Assembly: GCF_028368995.1 (NCBI RefSeq)
Contig: NZ_JAQNDL010000002.1
Location: forward strand, 1,056,001-1,120,000
Length of the DNA stretch: 64,000 nt
Source: Nannocystis bainbridge
Lineage (GTDB): Bacteria; Myxococcota_A; Polyangia; Nannocystales; Nannocystaceae
Direction of reading: 5' to 3'
A program made the translations under genes and the position numbers. Position 1 is the first letter of the stretch, and each line of letters opens with the position of its first letter. Positions 9,343 through 25,296 of the stretch are shown piece by piece. A model generated the notes under the pieces. The model ran no database searches, had not been told where the DNA came from, and worked only from the letters and a program-made list of their open reading frames with translations.

Positions 9343-9520
9343 GGACATGTCCCGGGAGCATGGGATGAGATGCCCGAAGACACATGTTTTTCAAGACATG
9401 TCCTTCGGGACATCGGCCGAGCCTCGGAGTGGCATGGCCGATCGGACATGTCCCCAAATTCATTAAACATGGAGCCGGCGATCGACGTGTCTCTCGGGAC
9501 ATGTCCGATCGCGCATGCCC
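9343..9520. repeat. Intergenic array of 14-bp-phased GGACATGTCC-like palindromes
   Basis: Decamers at 9343; 9366/9380/9394/9408; 9430/9444; 9483/9497/9511. Confidence 0.85.
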
Positions 9521-9674
9521 GCGAACGCCTGTTCGGGTGACCCGGCCGGACCTCGCGCGGCCCGCTGCAGCCCCGGTCGCCCGGCGCGCCCGCCGGAGCG
9601 GCACGCGCGGCCGAACGGGGCCATTCGGCAGCATATTTCCCCGGCGCGCGGCCCCGCCCGTATAGTGTCGGCCA

Positions 9675-11866
<2,192 letters not shown>

Positions 11867-11867
<1 letters not shown>

Positions 11868-12013
11868 CGGCTGTCCCCGAGGATAGGATGACATGTCCGA
11901 AGATGCAGGTCGCACGGCCTGTACCTTCGGACATGTCGACGATCATGGGGCGATGCCGCCGGACCGCAGGGCAGAGCACCTGCGCCTTCGCACATGTCCC
12001 TGGATGCATGGGG
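11867..12013. repeat. 14-bp-phased GGACATGTCC-like array between convergent genes
   Basis: Decamers at 11889/11903, 11915/11929 and 11976/11990/12004. Confidence 0.75.
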
Positions 12014-12035
12014 CCGGGCGCCCCGCGACGCCCGC

Positions 12036-12863
12036 TCAGGCGCGGCGGACGGCTCGCGCGTTCGGTCCGGACACGCGCGGCGCCTTCGGGGCCAGCAGGG
12101 TCGCCTGAATCAGCGCCGCCGCGGCGAAGCAGCTGAAGGCCAGGGCGCCGATCAGCTTGGCGGGCGTGTCGGTCAGGTCGGTCTGCGCGGTCTTGTGGCT
12201 GGCGACCAGCCACACGTCGACGACGAGGAAGGCGGCGCCGCCGAACGCCATCAGCAGGTAGGGCAGGGCGATGCTGCCGCCGGCGATCGGGCGCAAGATC
12301 CACACCAGGTAGAGGCCGCCGGCGAACACGATCGCGTCGGACAGCGTGCTGACCCCGCTGGTGATCGCGCCCGCCCACGCATCGCCGGTCGACGGCATGC
12401 CGCGGCTGGCCAGCTCGACCACGTTGTAGGCGATGAACGCCAGGCCGGCGAGGGCCAGCGAGCCGATGACGAGGACGGCGCGGGCGCGCGCGCCACCTGT
12501 CCGTTCGGACAGCAGCTCCGAGCTGCCGAGCACGCGGCCGAAGCCGATGATCGAGCCGGCGAAGAAGATGTTGCCGAGGATCAGGAGGATGTTCTGCAGC
12601 TGGATGCCGGCGAGCGACCAGCCCTGCCAGGTGGAGATCCGGATCAGCGGCACGACGGCGAGCGACAGCAGCAGGACCGTCCACGGCCGCCGCGGCGGAT
12701 CGCCGGCGCTGAAGCGGAACACCACCAGGGCGCTCATGGCGACCACGAACACCTCGAGCCCGCGCTGCCAGGCGTCGCCGGCGGCGAACAACACCTCGGC
12801 GGCGTAGCGCCCGCCGACGGCGATCAGGCAGAACAGCAGACCCAGCCCGCGCGGTGCGTTCAC
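12036..12863 (-). CDS. Multi-pass membrane protein (about 8 TM)
   Basis: Successive hydrophobic helices from VNAPRGLGLLFCLIAV; GTG start overlaps the upstream stop. Confidence 0.75.
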   Translation of the reverse strand: MNAPRGLGLLFCLIAVGGRYAAEVLFAAGDAWQRGLEVFVVAMSALVVFRFSAGDPPRRPWTVLLLSLAVVPLIRISTWQGWSLAGIQLQNILLILGNIFFAGSIIGFGRVLGSSELLSERTGGARARAVLVIGSLALAGLAFIAYNVVELASRGMPSTGDAWAGAITSGVSTLSDAIVFAGGLYLVWILRPIAGGSIALPYLLMAFGGAAFLVVDVWLVASHKTAQTDLTDTPAKLIGALAFSCFAAAALIQATLLAPKAPRVSGPNARAVRRA

Positions 12864-13114
12864 GACGCTTCCTCCGCGCCGAGGTCGGCGAGCACGCGGA
12901 CCGTCACCTCGTTGCCGATCAGCGTGCGGAGCATCGGCCGCAGGGTGGTCTGGGCCAGCTCCAGATCGTCGATTCCGAGCTCGGCGGCGTCCTTGCCGGC
13001 CCGCTTGCAGATCATGGCCAGCGCCCGCTTCGCCGTGTGCGGACCCAGCAGCGGGGACAGCACGCTGACGACGCGCTCGGCGAGAGGACCATCGATGGGC
13101 TGTACAGGCGGCAC
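12860..13114 (-). CDS. Small helical hypothetical protein
   Basis: 84 aa (...VVSVLSPLLGPHTAKRALAMICKRAG...LRPMLRTLIG...), translationally coupled to the membrane gene. Confidence 0.7.
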   Translation of the reverse strand: MPPVQPIDGPLAERVVSVLSPLLGPHTAKRALAMICKRAGKDAAELGIDDLELAQTTLRPMLRTLIGNEVTVRVLADLGAEEAS

Positions 13115-13251
13115 AATCGACGCTCTGGGGAGAGGCGCCGATCACGGCGCCCACGGTTCAAGCAGCTTATCGCACCTTGTCGTCGCGCGATCACCGGGGT
13201 CGACAACGGATCACGACTCGCGCGCATCGCTGTTGTGAGATTGATTCGTGA

Positions 13252-14829
<1,578 letters not shown>

Positions 14830-14835
14830 CCGCGT

Positions 14836-16380
<1,545 letters not shown>

Positions 16381-16425
16381 CGCCCGGTGGCCGCGGGCCG
16401 GCCGCTCGGCTATCGTGGTCCGACC

Positions 16426-17553
16426 ATGCGCGTCCCTCATGACGACGGTCCGCCGCCGCCTCCGCGGTCACCCAAGGGTCGCAAGCGGCCGGGCGGGCCG
16501 GCACCCGAGGCTGGCGCATCGGACATGTCGCAAGAGCCAGCTCGCGCCGCGCTCTCGCCGGTCAGCGCGGAGGCGGGCGAGGGCGTGTCGCTGCGGCCGC
16601 AGAGCCTGGCCGAGTACGTCGGTCAGGCCGCGCTCAAGCGCAAGCTCGAAGTGTTCGTCCGCGCCGCCCGCGGGCGCGACGAGCCGCTCGACCACACCCT
16701 GCTGCACGGCCCGCCCGGCCTCGGCAAGACGACGATGGCGCACATCCTGGCCCACGAGCTCGGCGTGCGCCTGCACCTGACCTCGGGGCCAGCCATCGAG
16801 CACAAGGGCGTGCTCGCCGGCCACCTCACCGCCCTGGGCCCGCGCGACGTGCTGTTCATCGACGAGATCCACCGGCTCGCGCCGACGGTCGAGGAGAGCC
16901 TCTACTCGGCCATGGAGGACGGGCGCATCGACCTGCCGGTCGGCGAGGGCAACCGCGCGCGCACGATCGGCTTCGAGCTGGCCCCGTTTACCCTCATCGG
17001 CGCGACCACCCGCACCGCGCTGTTGAGCGGGCCGCTGCGCGACCGGTTCCAGATCATCGAGGCGATCGAGTTCTACGGCGACGACGAGCTGGCCGCGATC
17101 GTGTGCCGCACCGCGTCGATCCTCGGCATCCTGGTCAGCGGCGCCGCGGCGCTCGAGATCGGCCGGCGCTCGCGCGGCACCCCGCGGATCGCCAACCGCC
17201 TGATCCGTCGCGTCCGCGATTTCGCCCAGGTCCGGGGCGCGCGCTCGATCGAGCTCGCCGACGCGACCGCGTCGCTGCTCGAGCTCGGGATCGACAGCGA
17301 GGGCCTCGACATGCTCGACCGGCGCTTGATGACGATGATCGTCGAGAATTTCCGCGGCGGCCCGGTCGGCGTCGACGCCGTCGCGGCCAGCCTCGGCGAG
17401 CCGCGTGACACCCTCGAGAGCGTGGTCGAGCCGTTCCTGCTGCAGCGCGGCTTCTTGCTCCGCACGTCACGCGGGCGCGTCGCCACCCTCAAGGCCGCGC
17501 GTCACCTCGGCCTCGAGCTCCCGCCCGGTTGGCAGGGCGCGCTCGATCTGTAG
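16426..17553 (+). CDS. ruvB: Holliday junction branch-migration helicase RuvB
   Basis: LRPQSLAEYVGQ, GPPGLGKTT, FIDEIHRL, GATTR, RGTPRIANRL, EPFLLQRG; start uncertain (16387 or 16426). Confidence 0.96.
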   Translation: MRVPHDDGPPPPPRSPKGRKRPGGPAPEAGASDMSQEPARAALSPVSAEAGEGVSLRPQSLAEYVGQAALKRKLEVFVRAARGRDEPLDHTLLHGPPGLGKTTMAHILAHELGVRLHLTSGPAIEHKGVLAGHLTALGPRDVLFIDEIHRLAPTVEESLYSAMEDGRIDLPVGEGNRARTIGFELAPFTLIGATTRTALLSGPLRDRFQIIEAIEFYGDDELAAIVCRTASILGILVSGAAALEIGRRSRGTPRIANRLIRRVRDFAQVRGARSIELADATASLLELGIDSEGLDMLDRRLMTMIVENFRGGPVGVDAVAASLGEPRDTLESVVEPFLLQRGFLLRTSRGRVATLKAARHLGLELPPGWQGALDL

Positions 17554-17674
17554 GCACGGCGCTCGTCGGCGAGCCGCGGCACGAAGCACGGTTCGTGTCG
17601 CAAGAGACATCGCAGCGTTCGCCGTCGCGCGCCTCTGACCGCCATGTAGGGGCTGGTCTCGCCACGCGCTCACA

Positions 17675-19257
17675 ATGGGTCTGAGCGCCCCCAGCGCCGC
17701 GCCACGTGTTATTTTGGCGAGCGAGTGGGTGGGGACCGGCATCACCGGCCTCACGAGCGAGGGCACGGTCGCCACGAGCGACGACTCCGAGACCGGAGAG
17801 ACGCAGGGCTCGGGCTCGGCGACCGCGAGCGGGACGACGGCGCCGACCACCGGCACGCCGACTTCGACCACGCGGGCACCACCGGTAACCTGACCGATGG
17901 GACATCCGAGAGCACGAGCCCAGGCACGACTCAGGGCGTCACCGACAGCACGACGACCACCGGGCTGCCGCCGGGCGTGTGCGGCGACGGCGTGCTCAAC
18001 CCCGGCGAGGGGTGCGACGACGGCCCGAACAACGGCCCCGACGCCGCGTGCAGCGAGGAGTGCATCCTCAACAGCTGCGGCGACGGCACGGTCGATCCGG
18101 GCGAGACCTGCGACCTCGGGCCCGACAACGGCCCCGACAACGGCTGCTCGGAGACCTGCGACATCCTGCCGACCGCGTGCGGCAATCAGGAGGCCGAGGC
18201 CGAGCTGATCCCGAAGCCGGTCGACATCATCATCATGATCGACAACTCGGGCAGCATGGGTAACGAGATCGTCGGCGTTCAGGACAACATCAACGTCAAC
18301 TTCGCCCAGATCATCGAGGGCAGCGGCCTCGACTACCGCGTGATCATGGTGTCTCGCTTCGGCAACGACAGCGCCGAGAGCGTGTGCATCGAGGCGCCGC
18401 TCGGCGGGATCCCGCAAGGCGGCTGTAACAACCCGCCTGCCCAGCCGATCAACGGCGAGCGGTTCTTCCACTATAGCGTGGAGGTCGGCAGCCACAACTC
18501 GTGGTGCCGCCTGCTGCAGACGCTGAACGGCAACACCAAGGACGAGTTCAACCTCGCGCCGATGGGCTGGCAGGAGTGGCTGCGCCCCGACGCGTTCAAG
18601 GTGTTCCTCGAGCTGACCGACGACGGCGTCGAGTGCTCGTACAACAACATCAGCTACGACGACAACAACAACGTCAACAGCGGCCTGACGGCGGCCACCA
18701 AGTTCGACGAGCGGCTCATCACCGTGGCGCCGCAGCACTTCGGGGCCTCGATCGAGGCCCGTAACTACAAGTGGTACAGCATCGTCGGGATGGCCTACAA
18801 CAACCCGCCGGAGCAGCCGTACTCGGACATGGACGCGATCGTGACCGGCAAGTGCCCGACGGCCGCCGACAACGGGACCGGCTACCAAACGCTGAGCAAC
18901 ATGACCGGCGCGCTGCGCTTCCCGCTGTGCGACACGAGCAAGTACGACGTGGTGTTCCAGGCCATCGCCAACGGCGTGGTCGCCGACGCCAAGATCGCCT
19001 GCGACTTCGAGATCCCGCCGCCGCCCGAGGGCAAGACGCTCGACGAGGACTCGATCGTCGTCGAGTTCACGCCCTCCGGTCAGATGAACCCGCTGCTGCT
19101 CGGCAAGGTGCCTGGGCTCGATCAGTGCGACCCGATGTCGTTCTACGTCGAGGGCGGCAAGGTCATCCTGTGCCCCGACGCGTGCACCCTGGCGCAGGAC
19201 GACAAGGACGCGACCCTCAAGGTCGAGTTCACCTGCGACCCGCTGATGCCGCTGTGA
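17675..19257 (+). CDS. Secreted-type vWA-like protein with Cys-rich repeats; apparent frameshift near 17871
   Basis: CGDGVLNPGEGCDDG repeats; VDIIIMIDNSGSMG MIDAS-like motif; the Thr/Ser linker is split between ORFs 17675..17893 and 17725..19257. Confidence 0.75.
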
Positions 19258-19260
19258 GCG

Positions 19261-20103
19261 TCACGCGGCGGGCGAGGCCGCGTGCAATTCGACCTCGCCG
19301 ACGAAGGCGACCCGCGCCGGACCGGTCATCGTGATCGAGCCGCCGGCGCGGTCCTGTCGCAGCACCAGCGGGCCGCCCGGCAAGCGCATGACGACGTCGC
19401 GGGCGTAGGACGCGAGCCCCTCGGCGATCGCGGCGGCCAGGGTGGCGCACGCCCCGGTCCCGCAGGCGGAGGTGATCCCGCAACCGCGCTCCCACACCCA
19501 CAAGGTGACGCTGCCATCCGGCTCGAGGCGCGCGAACTCGACGTTGGTGCGGCCCGGGAACTGCGAGTCGCGCTCGACGAGCGGGCCTTCAGTGCGCGCG
19601 AGGGCCTCGGGATCGTCAGCGCTCACGAACGCGATCGCGTGCGGGTTGCCCATCGACACCGCCGCGAACGAGCGCCCGCCGACGCGGCGCGGGCCGAGCA
19701 GGTCGGGCGGACCCATGTCGATCGCAACCTGCCCCGAAGGACATGTCCCGGGGTGGAACTCGCGGACCGAGCACGGCCTGGGACCGGCGTCGGTGTCGAT
19801 CACGAGCTCGCGCGCGGCCCCGGCGACGACCAGGGCGACGCAGCGGAGACCGTTGCCGCACATCTCGGGGCGCGAGCCGTCGTGGTTGACGACGATCATG
19901 GTCGCCGCGGCCTCGGGGCTGCACGGCGGACCGACCACCAGGATCCCGTCACCGCCGACGCCGAAGCGACGATCGCAGAGGGCAGGGGCCGCGTCGCGCA
20001 GTCTGGTCACCAGAGCGTCAACGACCGCCGGGGAAGCATCCCGGCGGTCGATCAGCAGGAAATCATTGCCGAGGCCCTCGACCTTGGCGAAGCGCACCAG
20101 CAT
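19261..20103 (-). CDS. dapF: Diaminopimelate epimerase
   Basis: KVEGLGNDF, EMCGNGLRC, SMGNPH, NVEF, WERGCGITSACGTGAC. Confidence 0.96.
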   Translation of the reverse strand: MLVRFAKVEGLGNDFLLIDRRDASPAVVDALVTRLRDAAPALCDRRFGVGGDGILVVGPPCSPEAAATMIVVNHDGSRPEMCGNGLRCVALVVAGAARELVIDTDAGPRPCSVREFHPGTCPSGQVAIDMGPPDLLGPRRVGGRSFAAVSMGNPHAIAFVSADDPEALARTEGPLVERDSQFPGRTNVEFARLEPDGSVTLWVWERGCGITSACGTGACATLAAAIAEGLASYARDVVMRLPGGPLVLRQDRAGGSITMTGPARVAFVGEVELHAASPAA

Positions 20104-20106
20104 CGC

Positions 20107-20862
20107 TCAGAGCTCGGGCGCCGGCGTCGGGGCAGGAGCCTCGGCGGCGGGCTCGTCACCGGCCGGAGCGGCCTCCGGGGCGGGCTTGGGCTTGCGGGGC
20201 GCCTTGGGGGCGGCCTTCTTGGGCGCCGGGGCGGCCGGAGTGCCCGACTCGGCGGGCGCAGCGGGGGTGGGGTCCGCATCCGCTGCGGGAGCCGGCTCGG
20301 CCGGAGCAGTCGCGGGGGCCGCAGCGCCGGGGTCGGCCGCAGCCGGGGTGCCGGTGTCGGCCGCGGCCGCGCCGGAGTCGGCCGCCGGGGTCGGCTCGGC
20401 CGCGGCACCGGAATCGGCCGCGGGAGCGTCCTCGGGCGGCGCTGCCGGCTCCTCGGCGGCCGGCGGGGTCACGGGCTCGGTGGGCACCGGCTCACCAGCG
20501 GGCGCCGCGTAGGCCTCGAGGTTGACCGGGTTGGGTCCGATCGCCTCCCAGTTGACCTCTCCGGAGGCGTCTTCCTCTGCGGGCGCGGTCTCCTCGCTGC
20601 GCTCTTGCAGGCGCTGCGAGCCGGAGTGGCTGCCGGCGTACGCGAGGAACATCGCGAAGACCATGAAGCTCCCCGCGCAAAACTGCGTAACCTTTGCCAA
20701 AACGTCGGAGCTGCCGCCGCCGCCGAAGACGCTCTGGCTGGCCCCGCCGCCGAGCGCCGTGCCCATGCCGCCGCGCCCTGCTTGCAGCAGGATGACCAGC
20801 ACCATGAACAGGCAGACCAGGATGTAGATGACCGAGATGATGGTGACGATGATCTCGAACAT
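20107..20862 (-). CDS. secG: Preprotein translocase subunit SecG with long Ala/Pro/Glu-rich C-terminal extension
   Basis: VILLQAGRGGMGTALGGGASQSVFGG...LAKVT; conserved position after tpiA. Confidence 0.92.
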   Translation of the reverse strand: MFEIIVTIISVIYILVCLFMVLVILLQAGRGGMGTALGGGASQSVFGGGGSSDVLAKVTQFCAGSFMVFAMFLAYAGSHSGSQRLQERSEETAPAEEDASGEVNWEAIGPNPVNLEAYAAPAGEPVPTEPVTPPAAEEPAAPPEDAPAADSGAAAEPTPAADSGAAAADTGTPAAADPGAAAPATAPAEPAPAADADPTPAAPAESGTPAAPAPKKAAPKAPRKPKPAPEAAPAGDEPAAEAPAPTPAPEL

Positions 20863-20874
20863 GGGGGACTCGGT

Positions 20875-21666
20875 TCAGCTGGCCTCGGCGACGAGCCGGA
20901 CGATCTGCAGGAAGGCTTCGGCCTCGAGCGAGGCACCGCCGACGAGGAATCCGTCGACGTCGCCCGCGGCCATCAGTCCGGCCGCGTTGCCGGGCTTCAC
21001 ACTACCACCGTACAGGATCGATCTGTCGGCGCCCGTCGCGCCATGATGCTCGGTGAGCCAGGACCGGATCCGCTTGTGCATCGCGCCGACGTCGCGGGCA
21101 CTGGCGGTCTTGCCGGTGCCGATCGCCCAGACCGGCTCGTAAGCGAGGATGAGGCGGTCCTGAAACAGCTCAGGATCGACTTCAGCGAGTGAGGCCGAAA
21201 GCTGCGAAATCACGAAGTTTTCGTGCTCGCCGCTCTCGCGCACCTCGAGCCCCTCTCCGACGCACAGCACGACCCGCAAGCCGGCCTGCAGGGCGCACTG
21301 GACCTTGCGAGCGATGAGCGCGTCGTCCTCGCGGAAGTGGGTCCGGCGCTCGGAGTGACCGAGGATCGCCCCGTGCGCGCCGACATCGGCGAGCTGGCCC
21401 GGGCCGACCTCGCCGGTGAAGGCACCCTCTTCCTGGGCGGCGCAGTTCTGGCCGAACAGGTAGAGCGGCCCGGCCGGGCGGCTCCACGGGGCGAGGGCGT
21501 CCAGGGCCACCAACGTCGGCGCGACGCCGATCTTGGTGCGCACCGGGCCCTCGAGCAGCTCGGCCGGGATGCCCTCGACGATATCCGTCGCCAGCAGCTC
21601 CGCGGTGCCGCGAAACAGGTTCTGCTTCCAGTTGCCGATCGTCCAGCGAACTCGTGCCACGTTCAC
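20875..21666 (-). CDS. tpiA: Triosephosphate isomerase
   Basis: [41 protein letters not shown]. Confidence 0.97.
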   Translation of the reverse strand: MNVARVRWTIGNWKQNLFRGTAELLATDIVEGIPAELLEGPVRTKIGVAPTLVALDALAPWSRPAGPLYLFGQNCAAQEEGAFTGEVGPGQLADVGAHGAILGHSERRTHFREDDALIARKVQCALQAGLRVVLCVGEGLEVRESGEHENFVISQLSASLAEVDPELFQDRLILAYEPVWAIGTGKTASARDVGAMHKRIRSWLTEHHGATGADRSILYGGSVKPGNAAGLMAAGDVDGFLVGGASLEAEAFLQIVRLVAEAS

Positions 21667-22892
21667 GCGCTCCGGCCGGTGAGCAGGACCTCGAGGCCCG
21701 GCAAGCTGCCGGACTCGATCATCTCCAGCGAGGCGCCGCCGCCGGTGGAGATGTGACTGATCTTGTCGGCCGCCCCGCTGTCCTGCAGGGCCGCGACGCT
21801 GTCGCCGCCGCCGACCACGGTAAAGCCGCCGCAATCGGCAACCGCCCGCGCGACCGCGAGGGTGCCGTCGGCGAAGGCCGAGTTCTCGAACAGCCCCATC
21901 GGCCCGTTCCAGAACACCATCTTGGCGCCGAGGAGGGCCGTGCGGAACCGCGCCGCGGTCGCAGGGCCGATATCGAGGGCCATCTCGCCGTCGCCGAGCT
22001 TGTCGCTCTCGACCTGGATGACGCGGGCAGAAGTGGCCTTGGTGCCAGCGCCGACGCGCAGGTCGGTCGGCAGCAGCACCCGGACATCGCGGGCCTTGGC
22101 GCGGGTCACGAGGCTCTTGCAGTCGGCGAACCGGTCGGGCTCGTGCAGCGACGCGCCCACGTCCACGCCGGTGGAGGCGAGGAAGGTGTTGGCCATCGCC
22201 CCGCCGATCAGGATGCTGTCTCCCGGGCGCAGGCGATCGAGGGTCGCCAGCAGGACCGGCAGCTTGTCGCTGACCTTGGCGCCGCCGACGACCATCACGA
22301 ACGGGTGCTCGGGGTGGTGAATCACGCGGCCGAGCGCCTCGACCTCGGCAGCCAGCAGCAGGCCCGCGGCCTTGTCGGCGAGCAGGCCGGGCACGCCGAC
22401 GATCGACGCGTGGGCCCGGTGCGACGCGCCGAAGGCGTCGTTGACGTAGGCGTCAGCCAGCGAGGCGAGCGCCTGGGCGAACGCCGGGTCGTTGCGCGTC
22501 TCGCCCGGGTGCCAGCGGAGGTTCTCGAGCAGCACGATCTGCCCGCTGCGCGTGTCGTGCACCAGCTTGGTGACGCCGTCGCCGATGACCTCGTCGGGCA
22601 GCCGAACCTCGCACTCGAGCAGCTCGGCGAGGCGAGCGCCGACCGGCTCCATCGAGTACTTCGGGTCAGGTGCGCCGTCGGGCCGACCGAGGTGCGAGCC
22701 GAGGATGAGCCGGGCGCCGCGCTCCTGCAGCTTGCGAAGGGTGGGCAGCGTGGCCCGGATCCGGGTGTCGTCGCGGACCTGGCCGTCCTTCAGCGGGACG
22801 TTGAAGTCGACGCGAACGAACACCCGACGGTTGCCGACGTCGAGACGATCGATCGTGTTGAGCGCGAGCGGGGCGTCTGCGGTAGTCGCCAT
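21663..22892 (-). CDS. pgk: Phosphoglycerate kinase
   Basis: [53 protein letters not shown]. Confidence 0.98.
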   Translation of the reverse strand: MATTADAPLALNTIDRLDVGNRRVFVRVDFNVPLKDGQVRDDTRIRATLPTLRKLQERGARLILGSHLGRPDGAPDPKYSMEPVGARLAELLECEVRLPDEVIGDGVTKLVHDTRSGQIVLLENLRWHPGETRNDPAFAQALASLADAYVNDAFGASHRAHASIVGVPGLLADKAAGLLLAAEVEALGRVIHHPEHPFVMVVGGAKVSDKLPVLLATLDRLRPGDSILIGGAMANTFLASTGVDVGASLHEPDRFADCKSLVTRAKARDVRVLLPTDLRVGAGTKATSARVIQVESDKLGDGEMALDIGPATAARFRTALLGAKMVFWNGPMGLFENSAFADGTLAVARAVADCGGFTVVGGGDSVAALQDSGAADKISHISTGGGASLEMIESGSLPGLEVLLTGRSA

Positions 22893-23013
22893 GGCGGACC
22901 CATACCGACCCTCCGCAGGCAAGTCCACGCCGACACGCGTGAGTTCTCAGGGCGCCGTCAGGGGCCAGGCGGACGACGGCCCCGACATGCGAACGAAAAT
23001 GCGTCGGGCCCGC

Positions 23014-23232
23014 TCACTCGGCGGCCCAGCGAGCATCCGTCGCCTCGCGGACCTGACGAAGATCGTGGCTGACGAGCTCGAGCAGCTCCGACGACAGCGC
23101 GACGATCTGCTCGGGGGTGTAGCCTTGCTCCCGCATCTGGCGGAACAAAGAGCGGGCCAGGATGCTGAGGGCGCGGCGATTGTCGGCGCGGGATGCCCCC
23201 TCGGGCGACGGAACTTGAGCGACTGGAATCAT
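23014..23232 (-). CDS. Small conserved hypothetical helical protein
   Basis: 72 aa MIPVAQ...RALSILARSLFRQMREQGYTPEQIVALSSELLELVS; AAGGA RBS upstream. Confidence 0.65.
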   Translation of the reverse strand: MIPVAQVPSPEGASRADNRRALSILARSLFRQMREQGYTPEQIVALSSELLELVSHDLRQVREATDARWAAE

Positions 23233-23477
23233 GCGGCGTCCTTCTCGGCCAGGCCCCCTGCAAGCCTCGGGCGGGGTCCGGAGCATATGCCGCCAGCGCG
23301 AAAGAAGAGTCAATATTGGCGCACGGTTAGGCGAGTCACGACCCGCGGGCCGAAGCGCGGTCTCGCAGCCCATGTGCACCTGGATGCACGCCGAATGCCA
23401 CCGCGTGCTCCTCGGCGCGTGCACCTCGGTGCACAGCGCGTCACGATCTGCACCCCGCGCGTGGGCGCGCCGGGCGA

Positions 23478-23840
23478 TCAGTTGGCAGCCGGCGTCGGCA
23501 GGTTGATCTGGCCGAACAGGATCTTGAGCAGCACATCGAACCGCTGCCACACGTCGGGCGTCGGCTGCGAGAACGCGACCCCGACCTGGTACTTCCCCTC
23601 GGTCGGGGTCAACCACAGCACCTGCCCGAGCAGCGGCAGAGGCTCGCTCATGCCCCACTCGAAGACGAGCCGCAGGTGCGCGGTGACGTTGATGCCCGCG
23701 CCGACCGGATCGCCGATGACGCAGCACAGGCCCGCCTCGGTGATGTCCCGGATCCGCCCGGAGATCCGCGAGCGACCGGTGTCGAGCTCGACGGCGAGGT
23801 CACAGACAAAGCGATCGTTGGCGGGCCGCGCGGCGCTCAC
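23478..23840 (-). CDS. Stand-alone PilZ-domain protein
   Basis: DRFVCDLAVE...GRIRDITEAGL...GQVLW...YQVGVAF PilZ pattern; the RxxxR motif is degenerate. Confidence 0.8.
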   Translation of the reverse strand: MSAARPANDRFVCDLAVELDTGRSRISGRIRDITEAGLCCVIGDPVGAGINVTAHLRLVFEWGMSEPLPLLGQVLWLTPTEGKYQVGVAFSQPTPDVWQRFDVLLKILFGQINLPTPAAN

Positions 23841-23854
23841 GACCGCGGAGCTTA

Positions 23855-24442
23855 TCAGAAGCGAAGGCCGGTGAGGCCGGTCAGCACGGCCTCGATCTCC
23901 GCCACCCGCACCCGCCGACCGATCGCCTCCTGACCGTCGCGGGCCGGGAGCAGGGCGATCTCGAGCAACAGTTGCTGCCGCTCGAAGTAGAGCTGGGTGA
24001 CCGCCACCAGCACCCGTTCGCGCTCGGCCGCCGCGTCGAGGACCGCCCGGGCCGCCCGCAGCTCGTCGGGGTTGAAGACGAGACGGCCGAGATCCCAGGT
24101 CGCCCGGACCCTCGCCCCGCGCCCGGCCCCGAGGTCCTGCTTCAGCGCGTCGGCCGTGCCCGCGGCCTGGTCGAGCTGGTAGTCGCGGTCGATCGTCTGA
24201 TCGTACTCGCCCTGCACGCTCGGCAGCGCGGCCGCGGCCCTGGCCCGGGCCAGCAGTCGCCGACCGCTCTTCGGCCCGAGCGCCAGCCGCTGCGTCACTG
24301 CCTGCTGGACCTCCGCGATCGTCGGTCGCGCGGGCAGGGCCGCCAGCGCGCGCTCGAGCGCCGCCGGCTCGGGCACCGGCGCGGGCGGAGGCGCCGGCGC
24401 GAACAACAACGCCGAGAGGAGGAGTGAACCGAGCACACTCAT
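23855..24442 (-). CDS. Exported protein with TolC/OEP-like half-repeat features
   Basis: Signal peptide; ARARAAAALPSVQ...VRATWDLGRLVF...VTQLYFERQQL...LTGLTG. Confidence 0.65.
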   Translation of the reverse strand: MSVLGSLLLSALLFAPAPPPAPVPEPAALERALAALPARPTIAEVQQAVTQRLALGPKSGRRLLARARAAAALPSVQGEYDQTIDRDYQLDQAAGTADALKQDLGAGRGARVRATWDLGRLVFNPDELRAARAVLDAAAERERVLVAVTQLYFERQQLLLEIALLPARDGQEAIGRRVRVAEIEAVLTGLTGLRF

Positions 24443-25203
24443 CGGACCTCTCCTCCGCACACGATCGCCGCGAGGGCGTCGCGCTCCTGGGCGGCCAGGG
24501 GCCCGCGGCTGCGCGTCGGCGGGAGGTCGCGCAGCTGCGGGCGACGGGCAGCGTGCAGCTCGTTCCACGCGAGCTGACGCCCGACCCACCGCGCCGGATC
24601 GAACGCGACCCCGAGGCTGGCGATGATGGAGGTGCTGGTGGTCGCCTCGGTCGCCGGGCCGACGCCGCGACGCGCCTGGGCCCGCAGCTCGACGCTCACG
24701 AAGAGATCGAGGCCGCTCGGGCGCCGCGACCGGGGCAGCGCCGGGCCGCGGACGCACTGACCCGCGGGCAACGGGCAAGGGGAGGGCATCCAGGCCCACG
24801 CTCCGTGAGCGTGGGTCGGGACGTGTCCGCTGGGGCTGCACTCGATCGCGGCCAGGCGTTCACGCGGATCGATCGATGCGTCGACGGGTTGCAGCGATGG
24901 TTCGCCGCGAATCAGCAGGAAGGTCGCGTCGTCGGCCCCGCGCACCACCGCGGTGGCGGCATCGAGGAACGCGGCCCGGGCATCGCGCGGATCGGGCGAA
25001 CCGGGCGGAAGATCGACGCGCTGCCAGCAGGCAGCGTCGGGAGGGCCGCGACGGCTGCCGTCGTCCCAGCAGATCCACAGGGCCGAGTGGACCGCGCCGA
25101 GCCAGGCCCGCGGGGCAGCGCTGCCGCCGTGCAGCAGGAGCGGCGGCGGCTCGAGGGCGCCAGGCGGCGCGAACAACAACAAGAGAGCGAGGACAGGGGT
25201 CAC
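24439..25203 (-). CDS. Exported hypothetical protein, Cys-containing
   Basis: VTPVLALLLLFAP signal-like start; stop overlaps the ATG of the downstream gene. Confidence 0.55.
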   Translation of the reverse strand: MTPVLALLLLFAPPGALEPPPLLLHGGSAAPRAWLGAVHSALWICWDDGSRRGPPDAACWQRVDLPPGSPDPRDARAAFLDAATAVVRGADDATFLLIRGEPSLQPVDASIDPRERLAAIECSPSGHVPTHAHGAWAWMPSPCPLPAGQCVRGPALPRSRRPSGLDLFVSVELRAQARRGVGPATEATTSTSIIASLGVAFDPARWVGRQLAWNELHAARRPQLRDLPPTRSRGPLAAQERDALAAIVCGGEVR

Positions 25204-25296
25204 ACGGTGAGGTCGTTCGCCGCGGGCTCGCTCTTGCACCGCCGCGAAAAAAAATCGGCGCTGCAAAATTTCGGCGGCTGCGAACGACCTCTCCCT

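Noticed and set aside
9343-9520. Motif as a simple restriction/methylation site (ACATGT or CATG)
   Set aside because: The central CATG is often replaced by CAGG or CCTG while 14-bp phasing is kept, which a lone R-M target would not explain.
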